From: a virus
Lineage: Duplodnaviria; Heunggongvirae; Uroviricota; Caudoviricetes
Length of the DNA stretch: 64,000 nucleotides
IMG/VR virus record: IMGVR_UViG_3300042298_002704
Direction: 5' to 3' (one strand)
The notes beneath the pieces are model-generated. The model made no database searches, had not been told where the DNA came from, and saw only the letters and a program-made list of their open reading frames with translations. A program made the position numbers and the translations under genes. Shown here piece after piece: positions 63,521-64,000 of this stretch (the stretch's first letter is position 1; each line of letters starts with the position of its first letter).

Positions 63521-64000
63521 AATTGAATATACTCAATGTTTGGGTAATATCCTAAAATCCCATCTATTTTACAGCTCCAGTCGGATTGTTGAAATGAATG
63601 CGTTACTCTTGAAATCATAAAATATGAATTTAAACTCGTTCTCCATTTTCTCGGAACTTGGGTAGTTGAAATTGCATTACCCGGTGTAAATCCCCAAGTA
63701 CCATCAATTTCCAAACTTATGGACATTCCCGGATAATGAACTTTTTCGTCAGTTCCTGTTTTTGGGTTATTATTGTGAAGCCGAGTCATGACTGCTTTTA
63801 AACCATTTATTTCTTGCGGGTCGAAAGAGTTTTTACCTAAATTTCCCGGATTTTTAATAATTGCGTCTTTATCGGTTTTGGCTTTCGAATATTCACTTTC
63901 ACGAGTTTCTTTTAATTTATCAGTACAATCGCGAATTGCGGCTACTGAATCTCCTTTTTTACTCGAACCTACAAACATTGCTGCTCTATATTCTTGTGAC
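63517..64000 (-). CDS. C-terminal part of a probable baseplate hub/tail protein; frame continues off the right edge
   Basis: ISLEIDGTWGFTPGN...FMISRVTHSFQQSDWSCKIDG; frame open from 63999. Confidence 0.5.
   Translation of the reverse strand, partial: SQEYRAAMFVGSSKKGDSVAAIRDCTDKLKETRESEYSKAKTDKDAIIKNPGNLGKNSFDPQEINGLKAVMTRLHNNNPKTGTDEKVHYPGMSISLEIDGTWGFTPGNAISTTQVPRKWRTSLNSYFMISRVTHSFQQSDWSCKIDGILGYYPNIEYIQL

Noticed and set aside
1-64000. tRNA, rRNA, tmRNA genes and CRISPR arrays
   Set aside because: No cloverleaf or T-loop signature in intergenic DNA and no regularly spaced repeats; intergenic gaps are almost all under 170 nt

Overview
Gene-dense 64-kb segment of a large T4-type dsDNA phage, very probably infecting Bacteroidota (six promoters fit the Bacteroidota sigma-A consensus TTTG/CTTG-N19-21-TAnn(T/C)TTG; DUF4494 gene). 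Standard genetic code; essentially all genes are on the minus strand. About 1-33 kb is a glycan-modification and accessory region: about 10 glycosyltransferase-like genes, 2 NAD-dependent epimerases, 2 Methyltransf_24-type methyltransferases, a polysaccharide deacetylase, an FAD oxidoreductase, nucleotide-handling enzymes, a papain-like protease and two free-standing homing endonucleases. About 28-61 kb is replication and nucleotide metabolism: clamp loader, sliding clamp, family B polymerase, four DNA methyltransferases (two broken), DenV, dUTPase, NrdAB, DnaB-like helicase, 5'-3' exonuclease, RecA/UvsX, gp32-like SSB and a split mini-PolA. The last 3 kb are probable virion proteins. Best leads: (1) an HNH endonuclease gene overprinted in another frame inside a DNA methyltransferase whose own frame stays open across 246 inserted codons, next to a restriction-endonuclease-like gene; (2) two unrelated homing endonucleases (LAGLIDADG, GIY-YIG) in the same unannotated cassette (22-nt motif, small RHH-like gene, 29-nt overlap), one of which appears to have supplied a new 5' end to the gene it invaded; (3) a PolA-like gene split by a 1.75-kb island that contains the only credible plus-strand gene; (4) a shared C-terminal FF motif on the polymerase and three methyltransferases. 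No tRNA, rRNA or CRISPR array seen. Family calls come from motif recognition by eye, not database searches.
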